In this document: piece by piece, positions 1-11,439 of the stretch
Position numbering within the stretch: position 1 is the stretch's first letter
Layout of the letters: each line of letters starts with the position of its first letter
Source: Magallana gigas
Lineage: Eukaryota
NCBI RefSeq assembly: GCF_963853765.1
Contig: NC_088857.1
Location: forward strand, 48,050,001-48,114,000
Length of the DNA stretch: 64,000 bases
Direction of reading: 5' to 3'
Made by a program: the position numbers and the translations under genes
Notes under the pieces: model-generated
What the model was told of the DNA's origin: nothing
Database searches by the model: none
The model's input: the letters and a program-made list of their open reading frames with translations, nothing else

Positions 1-1587
1 ACTTGTTTATCATAATCATAGTAAATTTAATGTTTGTTAAAAAAAGCAAGCATGAGTATTACATTAATTTAAAATGATTAATATCATAATTAAACAACTA
101 TCTATGATGGAAGATTCGTTTCACCTTTATCTCTGCAGCCATATGACACTCATCAGAGAACCCAAGATAAGGTAGATAAGCAAAATGAACCTGGTCATAG
201 ACGATGCTAATTTTTATAAGGACTTTGTCGTCCGGACAGATTCTGTATAGTGTGGCAACGATGTAGACCAGTCCTTCCAGTGTTTATAGTTCCTGTTTGT
301 AGGTTTTTTTTTATTTATAAGTTCAATTAGGTTATTCATTCTTATATCGATTTGTCTGGATAGGGCTGACTAGCTTATTTACAGAGTTTACTGGAAATTA
401 TGAGGACTTAAAAGCATACCTAGTACAAATGGCAGGGGGAAGGATGTGTGATTTTACCAGATAGAATTAGACTGCGTTTGTCGAGTTTAGCTGTCCCGAC
501 TGGGGCAAGTTTATGCATTTAATATTAATCAATTCAGTACAATTCTTATATGCTGTTTACTGTTGATATTGAGCTTGAAAATGACAAATCCTGCAGATAC
601 GAGAACTAGTAGCATTTTATATTTTTGGATGAGTTTTTAAAATAGTGATAGCCTCGGGTCTCAGGTTGTATTGTTTGAAATGGTCAGCATCTAAGTCTGT
701 GTTGTGATATTGATATATTTTGCCATCCTGAATAAATTGTTGTGTGTTAGAAAAATGGTGTTCTTCTTTTGTGGCAAGGACCACTCACCTTGTTACAGTA
801 ACATCTCGATTTTGAGATAAATTCCATGTGTTTTTAACACTTTGGATTGTGAATCTACTTTGACATGTCGAGCCAAGTATTTGAGATTTCTCGGTTTAAT
901 AGAACAGACCTTTTCTAACAATTTTATGAAAACAGTCTTTGAGATATCCAAATATTAAAGATATCAATTTTTAGTAGAGCAAGGTTTACCTGTATGTAGA
1001 ACTTTAAACCCTTCCAGGGGTCCCACTAAGGTTATGTGTTAAACAATGTTGAATCTATGCTATACCAGGATGCTTATCATTTTTTGTAGCACTGTAGACC
1101 TTTTAAGGTGATTTGTATGGTTGGGAATATATTTGAATTAAGATAAAGCTTGCTTATAAATGAAAACACAATTTTGATACTGGTAGATTATACGGGTAAT
1201 TTGCTTCTCTCTATACATAGGAAATGACTTAGCAAACAGGATAGGATTGTGCAAATTATTGAAGATGTTTTGAACACCATTAAAATTTAAGGTGTGTAGA
1301 CGTACAATTTTGTTTTCCCTATTTTCCATGTAATTTAATACCATGCACAACTTATCTAAATTATCAAACATGTTAATGAAGTATGGAACAACAAAATTTA
1401 TAAAAAAAAAAAATTGAGGGTAAATATCTTTCAGTTATACAGAGCATATTATAGATGTATTTATTTTTGCAGTGCAGAAAAAAATTGCTTATGGCAATGA
1501 TAAAAAAAAAAAAATGTTTCATGGCGTCTTAGGATTTCTAAGTAAACTGAAAATGATACAACAAAGTTGAATCAGCTGCGTCATTAC

Positions 1588-4500
1588 CTGTCTGACCGTC
1601 AGCTCCTAGTCCACAACTGTACACCTGTCCCCCACTGGTCAGGTAAAAGGTGTGATCTTGTCCACAAACAACCTAAAACAAACAGAAACGATTGAACATC
1701 TCTTTCACCTAGAACAGGTATAAACTTTTATCTTACCTCCTTCTAATTTGTTAGGAAACCATAACAGCAGTCACATGGAGACCGTGTATATCCCATACAC
1801 AGTCAGTACCAAATATATCCATTAATGCTGTACTCCAGTACATCTCCTGAACCAGGTATCTACTTTAACATTTCTTAAACTGATACACCTCTTAAACCTA
1901 AGGCAGCGGGGCTCATATTTTAAACCTTTTTCAATAATTCTTACATTGTACAAAAGAGGTGTAAATAATGCTGATAATCTATATTTGCGGTAGTTTAAAA
2001 TTTGAAATTTTAAACTACTGCAAGTATAAATTATCGGCATATTCACCTCTTTCACCTATTGCTCAACCAGTACATAAAAACAATTTGATTTCAACTTTCA
2101 TATCTCTTCAATCTAGTGTCAGTCTAGTATCAACTTTAACATTTTTTACTTTAAAATTCAACTTGTACATGTATTCAACCTTGTACTCAACTCAGAATGC
2201 ATCAGTTAAAATTTATATGAACATGTACATCTTTTTAACTAAAAACTCATTCATCCTGGACATCAAATTGTACATCTTTTTCCGTATATGTCTTCATCCC
2301 TTGAATCAATTGTCAACTTGTACACCTCTTTATGGACTAAGTCTGGTAGGAAAGTTTCTTTCTCCATCATCAGCTTGAACAAACAGTCTTCACAAGAACT
2401 TTTGAAACTAACAGGCAAATAGGACCAGTGGTCTATCAAAATATAGTACCCCCCCCCCTAAAAATTTATAGGCCCTTCATATACACATGTATCTACTGAT
2501 ATATGTCATAATAAGGTGTAACATTAGATAGCTAACAAGAACCCTTTGTGCATAATTGACAACAAATTGTGTTAGGCGTTCGACTTTTAAATTTTTACAA
2601 GCCGATCAGACTTCTCAGTTTTAGAATTTCACTGAGCAGATCACAAAATTCACTGGCCACAATCTTCAGATCACTGAGTTTACTTGATGACTGAACAAAC
2701 CTTGTTCTAATTTGAAATATCAATTTGACCTATCTTGATACAATCTAAACTAAATCTTGCATCAAATTCGCTGATTGCAATTTTTTCTAGTTTTATCCAT
2801 TTTTATAAAATATCAAACGATATCTTACCGATTTATTTCTAATGCAGCTATAACAGAAACAAATAACATATACTATCAAACTTTGAATTATACACTGCCA
2901 AAGAAAAAGTTAGAAATGTCTATATATAAAAATATATATATTTTTTAAACTTATTTCCATATTTAAAAGATTAACAAAACTTTAATAGATGAAAAATTAA
3001 TTACTCCTGTGATCCTCTGCACTACAACTGCTATGGCTTTCATTTATGTGGGTGTAACATACAAGGAAATCAACATAACACACACGTCTGACCATATTCT
3101 TTAATTATAGTAACTATATTCAACATGCTCAAAGTGCTAATTCAAATCCAACACAGGAGAAACATGATCATTTTTACAAGAGCAAATTTCATTCGTTAAG
3201 TATATCTCCAACAGTGATACCCTGACCAATACATGAAATCTTACATTTATAATATGTTTTTTAAGGAAATAGCTATTAACACATGAACAGTATTACTTTG
3301 CATTGATAAAGAATTGATCCCTGGCATGGTATTGGTCAATGAACAGCCAAATCATATGCAGACTATATCACTAAGTGAAGGCATTCAGGACGACGGACCC
3401 AATTTGCTTTGCGCAGATGTATAGCGCACCTAAAAGAAGTGACTGTTACCAGCATCAAAATCTCAATTTTATGTCACAATCACTAAAATTGAAGAAATAT
3501 GGCTTATGATGCAATATGTAGCTATTCTTTGTCATCAATACACATCACACTTAAGGTCAGACGACACGTTCCTCAATTTTAGATAACTTTTTCCAGGAAT
3601 TTGTTAATGGTTTACTACTACTTTGACAAGCTTTCTTGCAAAAAATTAGGGTACCTTACCAGGCATTTCTGCAAAATACTAGAGTATGCAATTTCATATA
3701 TAATCTTCTTAAAAATACACTTGAATTGCTGATATAAATATAAATACATCTACAGCACAGCGAAATTCACTAAATTAGAACTATATCTCCGCCAGGGCGG
3801 GGCTTTGAACTCACAACCTCTAGAACCTATACGCTTCTGGCAGTGAGTGGCCACGGTTCTAACCACTCGACCATGTACACATATAACCATATTTAAGTAA
3901 ATTTTGATCATTTTTAAAGTAATTATAAAATTAATATTTTTTATTGGAACTCTTTATTACGAGGAGATAGAAAAAAGATTCTTGAGGAACGTGTCGTCTG
4001 ACCTTAAATATTGAATGTAGTGGGCCACCTTGCTATAATTTAACATGCTGAAATGTGCTTTTCAACATTATCAAACATGCACAAATTTTGATAGAGAATG
4101 TTAAAGTACTGTACAGTAGTGAGTGTTATATTTGCTCACAATATTTACATATTGGTTAACAGAGTTAGAGCCGGTGAACAAATCATTTACATTTCAATTT
4201 GCATCAAAAGTCGTAATATCCTGGCATCATGGTTTTCCAATATAAATATAGTAAAACTGTTTCCATGCTTATGTAAGTATTAATGTTTAGCACACTCTAG
4301 AAGCTCTTTGGTTTCATCATCAACTTTGAAACAATGTACATAGCCTTCTTCTAAGAGTTTGCGGAGCAATTTTAATGAACAATTGAAGAAAAAAACTTAC
4401 AACACTTCGGATTTTAACGTGTCCCCATAAAAACAAATTCAATGACATTGTCATTTTTTAAATGATATTAATCTAAAATCATCATATTAGAATCATATTT

Positions 4501-7500
4501 CAGTTTGGATAAAAAACCTATTGCAGAATTTTTTAAAGATTATTTTTTCTCTAACAAGGATGTTTTCCCCATTATGTTCAATCGAAAAAAAAGTAATACC
4601 AACCATTTTTGAAATGGTCCCTTCTAAAATTCTAATTTGATATTTGTCTTAAAATAGCACAATACATAGTCAATTTATTTGATTGTCTACATGGAATAAC
4701 TGTAATCAATACAAGTACAGCACGACATAACACTAATGTTAATAGTCTACAATAGTCCCAGTATGTGTAGAGTATAACAGGACACTATTGTTGAAGGTTT
4801 AAACTGGTTGTGATACACCACCATTACAACATACTAGTGCTCTGATTCTGAACCATGTATCAATAAAACATCTAGTAAAAATGTCTCTTTTGGATGTGAT
4901 ACTTTGTCCTTTTGGCAAAGAATCTTCCCAACTCTTTCAAAATGCATGGCATTCATAACTCTAATATGTATTACAATGAAAACCAAAATGTTTATCTCAT
5001 TATGTATCCCCATCAGGAATATATGCAAGTACACCAACCACACAGTCCTCACCACATGGATTCAACATGGAGGCAAGGTAAAGGAGAGCCAAATAAACTG
5101 CAATGTCAGTTCGTCAAAAAGGTTACACTGTTCTCTGTCATTAATTGATCTTTCATTTATAAAAATAGTAATCTTATACTTTACCTTAATGACATCATTG
5201 GGCAAATCCAGTACTTTGTTAATGATTTGACTTCCTCTGAAAATGTCATAGAGCAGGGATTCAACAAATAGACTAAATATACATGGGAAGAAATAATATG
5301 GGAACTCTTGGACTATACAGGACAAAAGGCCCAGGGGCCACATCGCTCACTTCAGTAACACTGATCATAACTCGTTACGTAATGGCAAGAACTGTTTTGA
5401 TGCAGGAAACGATGGATAAATATTTATATACATGAGAATTTAATATAGAATGAAAAATTTTGACAGAATAAAATGTAACTCTGTAAGTGTAACCACACAA
5501 TGGGTATTACAAACCGTACCGTCATTCTTATACTTCCACTGTATCCAGAATCAAAGCATGAATAAAATGGGGTGAAGTGTAATCTAATTATCTAATTTTG
5601 GCCAAAAAATTGTGTATATTTATTTATAGACAAGATCCGGATTGCACAACATTTTTTGAACATAAAATGATAGGAAAATGTGAAGGGACTGAAAAATTTC
5701 TTCGGATTGGGCAACATGCCGGAATGCACAATATCCGGATTCCACAAGTTTTACTGTACATTAAAATCAATTGTTATACCCCTGTAAAACAGTTACTATA
5801 TTATCTATAGGGAAAAAAGTCCAGCATTTTGACTGGAACTGTTAAAATTGACTATTAAAAAAGACTGTTGACAGATGACATCACATTCCGCGAAAACGAG
5901 TTACTGATTAGATGGGGTATAACAAAACAGGTGTCAACTATGTCTCCGGCAACAGTTGACCGGTCGGACCAGCTCGCAAACTGTTGCCCGGGCCTTCGGC
6001 CTTGGGCAACAGTTTGCAAGTCGGTCTGACAGATAAACTGTTGCCCTCGACCCCAGTCAACAACTGTATACTACTACCATAACTAAGGGATGAATGGCAA
6101 TAACATGAAAGTTCTGAACACTTGTGAACTTCATTAATATTCATAAGTTGGCTCCCAAGGATGCACCCTTACCTATATATATAACACACTTACCTGTGAA
6201 TCTCCCCCTCCACTATTCCCCTTCCACACTGGCCATAAGCATTGTGACCCAAGCTGAAAACTGAACAAATCTCTATGTACATATATGAAACGTTATTCTC
6301 TTTAAAAAGTATACAATTCTGTTACAGGAAATACATATAATCTGTCATGGACATGACCTACAAAATCTATAATATTTGCAGACATTTTGGATGGGGAAAA
6401 ATTATAAATCTAATGAAGCACATTGCTCCGTGGTCATGGGCGTTAGGTCAGTAACCGAAAGGTCGCTGGTTCAAACCCCACTCTGGTCACTTGATGTTGG
6501 GTGTTGTAAACTTAGACAAGACACTTAATCTACATTGTCTCAGTCCATCCAGCTGAAATTGGGTGCCGGCTTACGCTGGGGGTTTACCTGTGGTGTACTG
6601 GTGTCCCATCCAGAAGGAGTCAATGACTCTCATCCGCTTAGTACCACGGAAACCGGGGATAAGCACCGTCCTTATGCACCTTCATGGCACAGAAAAGGAT
6701 TTAACTTAGCTTTTAATTATAAATCTATCTGGGCATCAACCCTAATTTTAAGACATTTTAATTGGTACTGATAATAGGCCCTATCCCAATAAAAGGTCTG
6801 GTACATGTTTTTTTCTTCTAACTGCATGTGTTAATTTTCCCAACTATCATCACACATATATATATATTTACAATTAAGTTTCTTAAACAGGAGCTGAAAT
6901 AATGGCCCCAATTTAAGATGATAGAAAGCCCTGCACTTTAACCTTGTTGACTCATCCCCCTCTCTGTTACAACTCCCAAGTATTGCTAAAACTCACCCAT
7001 TCTCTATTACAATTAGCAGTATTGCTAAGACTCACATCTCTTTGTTACCATTCCCAAGTATCACTGAAACTCACCCCCCTCAGTGGTAAGAACCACTGTG
7101 TGAGCTCGCCCACAGGACACGTCTATAACTTCCGAGGAGTCAGGATCCTCCAGCGGGAGAGGAATCAGCACAGGCTCCGTGATGTAATCCAGCACCATAT
7201 CTGTAATACAATTCACCATTCTATTATGATTCTGTGATTTAAGCACCAAAGGACTAAGTGTGGTATGGTCAAATATCTGCCCCCGATTTCAACCAATTTT
7301 TAAATAGTATCATATAAAAATCAAATCATTGTGTAGAGAATGCTTATAACTTTTATCTTGATTTTAGTCATCATTGCTCACTCGCTGTTTATCTATGACG
7401 TCACCTAAATGACCTAATTCCTGCAAATTTGCAAACAAATGAAGATATTCTCATTTTTGCTCTATATTTTGCATTCGGAAGTATAGAGCGCTGGTCTGCT

Positions 7501-9985
7501 CAAGTGCGATTTTGACATATGTTTTTCTTCAGATAGTTATACATATTATACTAAAAAATGGTACTTGAGCAAGCCTGCGCTCGATGTTTCCCAGTCGAAA
7601 AACCATCGGCAAACACCCATATTTTGCTACAAAACATCAATTCATCAAAATAATGCAATCTTCATGACGTCATTACTACAGTAATTCAGCACCATAACTG
7701 TAACATGATTGAACATTGTGCAAATGTATTGTATATCTGTGATGTTATCCAGCACCATATCAGGAATACGATTGAACATTCTATTGTGTATCTGTGATGT
7801 AATTCAGCACAAAATTAGTAATATGATTCATAATTTTATTGTGTATCGACGTTACCAAAATTATGTCATCTCTCTCCTTCTTACATATACCTTGCATGAT
7901 AATGAGGCCCCTTTCAAAAATTGTTTGCCTTTTTCAAACTTAGTATTTAAACTTTGCATTGGTAGGTAGGAAAATAATTTTCTATAGATGCTTAAGATCT
8001 TTAAAAAACTTTTTCATTTACGATAAAAAGAAAAAAATCTCAAAAAATCTATTCACACTGACTTAAAGTCAGGAAATATTTTGCTACATTCATTTAAATT
8101 TATACTTTGTTATTGATTGGGCCAATGTTAATTCTCAGCAGACAACACATAGAAACAGACAAACACAAGGACAGCATTATGTTACATGTACTTGAATGAT
8201 CCAGTTGCGTAGTCTAAAAAGATGCTCAAATGTTGATTAAAACAACTGGATGGGGTCTTCAAAACTCATTTCATAACAAATACAGGTATTTAATATGCGT
8301 TGATTCATCAACTTGTTAATGTATTACATCAATAATAAACATTAAACAGTTATCGGACCCTAAAACTGATGAAGCAGCTGGCTGATAGTAAATACCAATA
8401 GTTTGGAAGCCCTCCCACCCCCCCTAAAAACTTGTTACATAGAGGACAACTTAATCCTCACAATTAGACACCACCACAGAGATCTGACTGGTGGGTGACA
8501 GCAATCACGGGTTTACCTGGTTTTTCTGAACTTTTGTGGAACCCAAGCTGGGAGTCGGTGTTGATTCCACAGCCGTAAAGTTTACTCTTCCTATCCCTTC
8601 CCTTTAGAATCAGAGCTGTAAAACCATATCCACAGTCAACAGATTTGGCCTACAAAACAACCAATTAAAGAACATGATACAGGTGCAACTGTATCATCAT
8701 GTAGAGCCATAGCCAATTTCGAGTATCAGATGCCATCAAAAAAGATACACAAGGAAAAACAGTGTTCAAACTAGCCTTGACTCAAAAACCTTTACATATA
8801 ACATACTCTAATAATAAGAAGACAAGTATGGTTCAGGTCAAAATACAGAATTTTTTCCATTCCATTTTTTCAATGTATGTTATTTCAAAAATAGTGTTCC
8901 AACTTTTTAGTCATCAAATTTGAATGTACATTCAAAAGGGTTTTACATATGACTTTGTTTTGATTAAATCCTTACCACCAAATTGTGTTCCAATAAAAAT
9001 CTCAGTCTTGCAGGTCTGCTCATCTGGGCCAGGTACTTTTGTTTCTTCTCTTGGTGCCTGACATAGGAACTAATACCTACAGTAACAATTCTAATGATAG
9101 GTCAACTGTACACCAAGTCACACAGTAACAATCCTAATGATAGGTCAACTGTACACCAAGTCACACAGTAACAATCCTAATGATAGGTCAACTGTACACC
9201 AAGTCACACAGTACAATCCTAATGATAGGTCAACTGTACACCAAGTCACACAAACTGCTATTAATAAATTGTAAAATGCAAACCATTATTTCTTTGATTT
9301 CAAAAAATGTAATATGCTCCATAAACTTTCAACAATAATAAATGCTGTAAATGTACCATATTTAGCTTAGTATGATAATTAACGAAAATCAGTTTCTTGA
9401 CAGATTAGTTTAAATTTGATTTAGAATATTCATGAAAGCTAGTGCCTACTCACCTAAATAATTTTATATCCAGGACATTTAGCAATGCACTTGATTAAGC
9501 AGTAGTTGCTTTTCACCAAAAACACTAAGCCAAATGTAATGTATTTTCAGTAAGGGTCAGTGGTTTGTGAGATTCAATATAACATGAATCTATTTGTTCT
9601 AACATTCCTACAAAGTGGTCTCCGTATCTTCCATCTCCTTACCTAGTGCCCCCGTAGCTGCACAGCCCCACACGTACACCCTCTCAGCCTTGGGCATGTT
9701 ATCCAACTCATTCAGTTCTTTCCTCATCTTGCTTTTGTCCGACCTTGAGGCCTTTTGTGAGTAGCCTCTCTTTGATATCTGCGATAGGCTGGGTTTCACC
9801 AACTGTTTTATCCATTTTGAGAAATCTTGGTCTGGTAGATGGGTGGTGTTCTGTTTCTCTGAACATCTGACCCATTGAGAGAATCTTTTGCTTGATGTAA
9901 TATCACCTGCTGTGCAATATCTAAGGAACTTGGTTCCACATATGCCACACATGAGAAATTCCTTTGCAATTGTATTCCTGATCAT
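1588..9985 (-). CDS. RCC1L: RCC1-like mitochondrial protein (WBSCR16), 5' part; 3' exons lie left of the window
   Basis: Coding exons 9985-9643, 9076-8976, 8649-8517, 7200-7075, 6260-6194, 5236-5185, 1672-1588, all GT-AG and phase-consistent (907 nt). The translation contains RCC1 repeats RVYVWGCAATGALG, VDCGYGFT..LYGCGINTDSQLG, VSCGRAHTVVLT..VFSLGHNAYGQCG and VVCGQDHTFYLT..VYSCGLGADGQTG, matching recalled human RCC1L. No following exon was found in 1-1587. Confidence 0.93.
1953..2052. repeat. 100-nt imperfect palindrome (hairpin) in RCC1L intron
   Basis: AAAGAGGTG..ATGCTGATAAT..TGCGGTAGTTTAAAAT-ttgaa-ATTTTAAACTACTGCA..ATTATCGGCAT..CACCTCTTT. Confidence 0.8.
3176..3437 (-). mobile_element. 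Degenerate Helentron-type (HINE) remnant
   Basis: Minus strand starts TTTTAGGTGCGC..GTCCGTCGTCC and ends GCTCTTGT, resembling the termini of the better-preserved copy at 24862-26467. Confidence 0.4.
3555..4003. mobile_element. TTAA-flanked MITE (Kolobok-like) with internal tRNA-like segment, copy 1
   Basis: 22-bp perfect TIR GGTCAGACGACACGTTCCTCAA, TTAA on both sides (3551-3554, 4004-4007); second copy at 41962-42391. Confidence 0.88.
5633..5758. mobile_element. Partial Tc1/mariner-type MITE end
   Basis: Ends ..ATCCGGATTCCACAAGTTTTACTGTA (reverse complement TACAGTAAAACTT..) with internal repeated TCCGGATT; similar end at 51300-51439. Confidence 0.4.
5948..6045. repeat. Palindromic mini-element with central GGCC-TTCG-GCC loop
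   Basis: Inner arms GCAAACTGTTGCCC / GGGCAACAGTTTGC and outer arms GGCAACAGTT..GTCGGACC / GTCGGTCTGAC..AACTGTTGCC. Confidence 0.8.
6421..6714 (+). mobile_element. tRNA-derived SINE
   Basis: Degenerate A box (TGGTCATGGG), B box GGTTCAAACCC at ~6468-6478, central CAAGACACTTAA..CTCAGTCCATCCAGCTG..AATTGGGT resembling V/Meta-type conserved SINE domains, and an AT-rich tail. Confidence 0.72.
6950..7080. repeat. Degenerate ~39-nt tandem repeat containing the RCC1L 5' splice site
   Basis: ACTCAC (GTGAGT on minus) recurs with GT at 7074, 7035 and 6996, plus ACTCAT at ~6951. Confidence 0.75.
7179..7847. repeat. Degenerate ~55-nt tandem repeat containing the RCC1L 3' splice site and exon start, interrupted by a MITE
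   Basis: Unit GTGATGTAATCCAGCACCATATCTGTAATAC.. at 7179, 7234 (partial), 7681 (partial), 7739 and 7794. Confidence 0.75.
7248..7680. mobile_element. Truncated MITE of the same family as 31918-32494
   Basis: Starts AAAGGACTAAGTGTGGTATGG and shares ATGACGTCA and the TATAGAGCGC..GCTCAAG / CTTGAGC..GCGCTC internal hairpin with 31918-32494. Confidence 0.6.
9080..9250. repeat. 43-nt minisatellite x4 abutting an RCC1L acceptor
   Basis: CAGTAACAATCCTAATGATAGGTCAACTGTACACCAAGTCACA starting at 9080, 9123, 9166 and 9209; near-identical units. Confidence 0.95.
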
Positions 9986-10290
9986 GTTAAAATCTAAAAT
10001 TATACAAAATCAAGATATATTTTTTCTATATATAGGTTGTTAGGATAGACATTGCAAAATATGCTCCAATTGCAATGAGTTAAATGTACTGTGGAATTAT
10101 TTTTATTCATGGGGGTCAATGTTCATGGGTGGCCAAAATTTTCCTGGTTCAGTAATTAACTAGTTGCAATAATGTAGCCCTATCTGACATTTTCTGGAGA
10201 AACAAAACAAAAAACGAGAGAGGGTTACATTATTGCAGCTAGATATAATTAAACCTCTTGATTTTGCATCATTAAGTTGCATCAACAAGC

Positions 10291-10391
10291 GATCTCATAG
10301 CATCATGGGAAACCCACCGTTGATTAAGCATCTTTCCTCTCTAGTGGAATGATGCGTAATCAACCGTGGGTTTCCGACAATGATCTCATAG
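10291..10391. repeat. Small inverted-repeat element bounded by 10-bp direct repeats
   Basis: GATCTCATAG at 10291 and 10382 flanking GGAAACCCACCGTTGATTAAGCATC / GATGCGTAATCAACCGTGGGTTTCC. Confidence 0.7.
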
Positions 10392-10445
10392 TAAATCATA
10401 TAGGGTATATATATCCAAATCTATCTGCATTAAATTTAGCACCAA

Positions 10446-10584
10446 TACGATAAGTCCGAAATATCTGACATTTTCCTGGGGTTTTTTTTCGATTTATTTC
10501 ATATTTTACATACAAGCTATAGGTTTCCTGGCATAAAAAATATCAAAATCATTTTAAAAAACGTCAGATATTTCGGATTACGTA
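10446..10584. mobile_element. Short MITE
   Basis: TIR core TCCGAAATATCTGAC / GTCAGATATTTCGGA with TACG..CGTA termini. Confidence 0.65.
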
Positions 10585-10653
10585 AGGATATGATGTAGCA
10601 TATCATTCTTATCGCTACTTCTCATAGTCAGGTTTTATTACATGTGTACTAAC

Positions 10654-10910
10654 CTTCTGATCAAGCAGCCTCTCTAAAAGCTACGTTTCTGATTTTGTGA
10701 TTTCATAAGCCACTTTCAGTTTGTCAGCATATAATTTTTTTCCGCACAAAATAGACTGTAAGTTGCTTTTCATATTATTTACTGATACAATACATTTCTT
10801 TCCTCATTCTCTAATTCTCCAAATGAATGTCTTTATCCCCACATGAGTTAAATGGGGGCTGCCATTTTGAAAAATAGTTAACTCGTTCTTATTATGGGTA
10901 TTTGGCGCCA
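10654..10910 (-). promoter_or_regulatory. Probable non-coding first exon and promoter of RCC1L
   Basis: Donor AAG|GTTAGT at 10654/10653; acceptor TTTTAG at 9994-9995, 8 nt before the ATG. YY1/Kozak-like AAAATGGCAGCC at 10857-10868 and E2F-like TTTGGCGC at 10901-10908. TSS not observable. Confidence 0.55.
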
Positions 10911-11439
10911 AGTCTCAAAACGAGTTTTAGATATTGATAATCGGAAGTTCAATATATAATATATGAAATTTTATTGGAAAAAACTGTACAAATCAAGACG
11001 TGAAAAAATGAGATATCTAGTTTTATGCATGTACGGGCATGTATATCTGCCGTATCTCTACAGAATCGATCCACTGATGCACTATAGAAACGTGTCAGTA
11101 CAGCTCTGTAGGATCAACAGCTAACAAACTATTTTTAGCTAAAATATCACAATATTTCTGTTAAAGGGGCAAATTCCGGTGCTTAAAAAGGGGCAAGATC
11201 GCAGTGTTTAAACGATTTATTCTTTGGTCGTACATTTGTAGGTGGCAAGTTTTTTTTTCGTAAAACCAAGCCCGGTTTTAAAACCCACTTCTATCTGACA
11301 TAGTCGTGTTGTCTTTATTTATCTATTTCTGGTCATGTAATGGACCACTTATTCAAACACCCCCTTGGTACCACTCGATTACCTATTTTTTTTTTATATT
11401 TACCTGAGTTTAGATTTTAGTAGCTTTGGAAAGTTTTAA

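Noticed and set aside
121-250. Plus-strand mini-exon-like pieces (PYDTHQRTQDK / DFVVRTDSV*)
   Set aside because: The implied intron is only ~49 nt, there is no homology, and it lies antisense inside the RCC1L intron.
985-1030. Minus-strand VGPLEGFKVLHT as a possible next RCC1L exon
   Set aside because: In-frame stop just upstream, phase and acceptor do not fit, and the expected GLG start and downstream WGNSEY motif are absent.
3790-3875. tRNA gene candidates here and at 11550-11615 and 42180-42265
   Set aside because: No complete cloverleaf or acceptor stem is visible and all lie inside TIR elements; treated as tRNA-derived segments.
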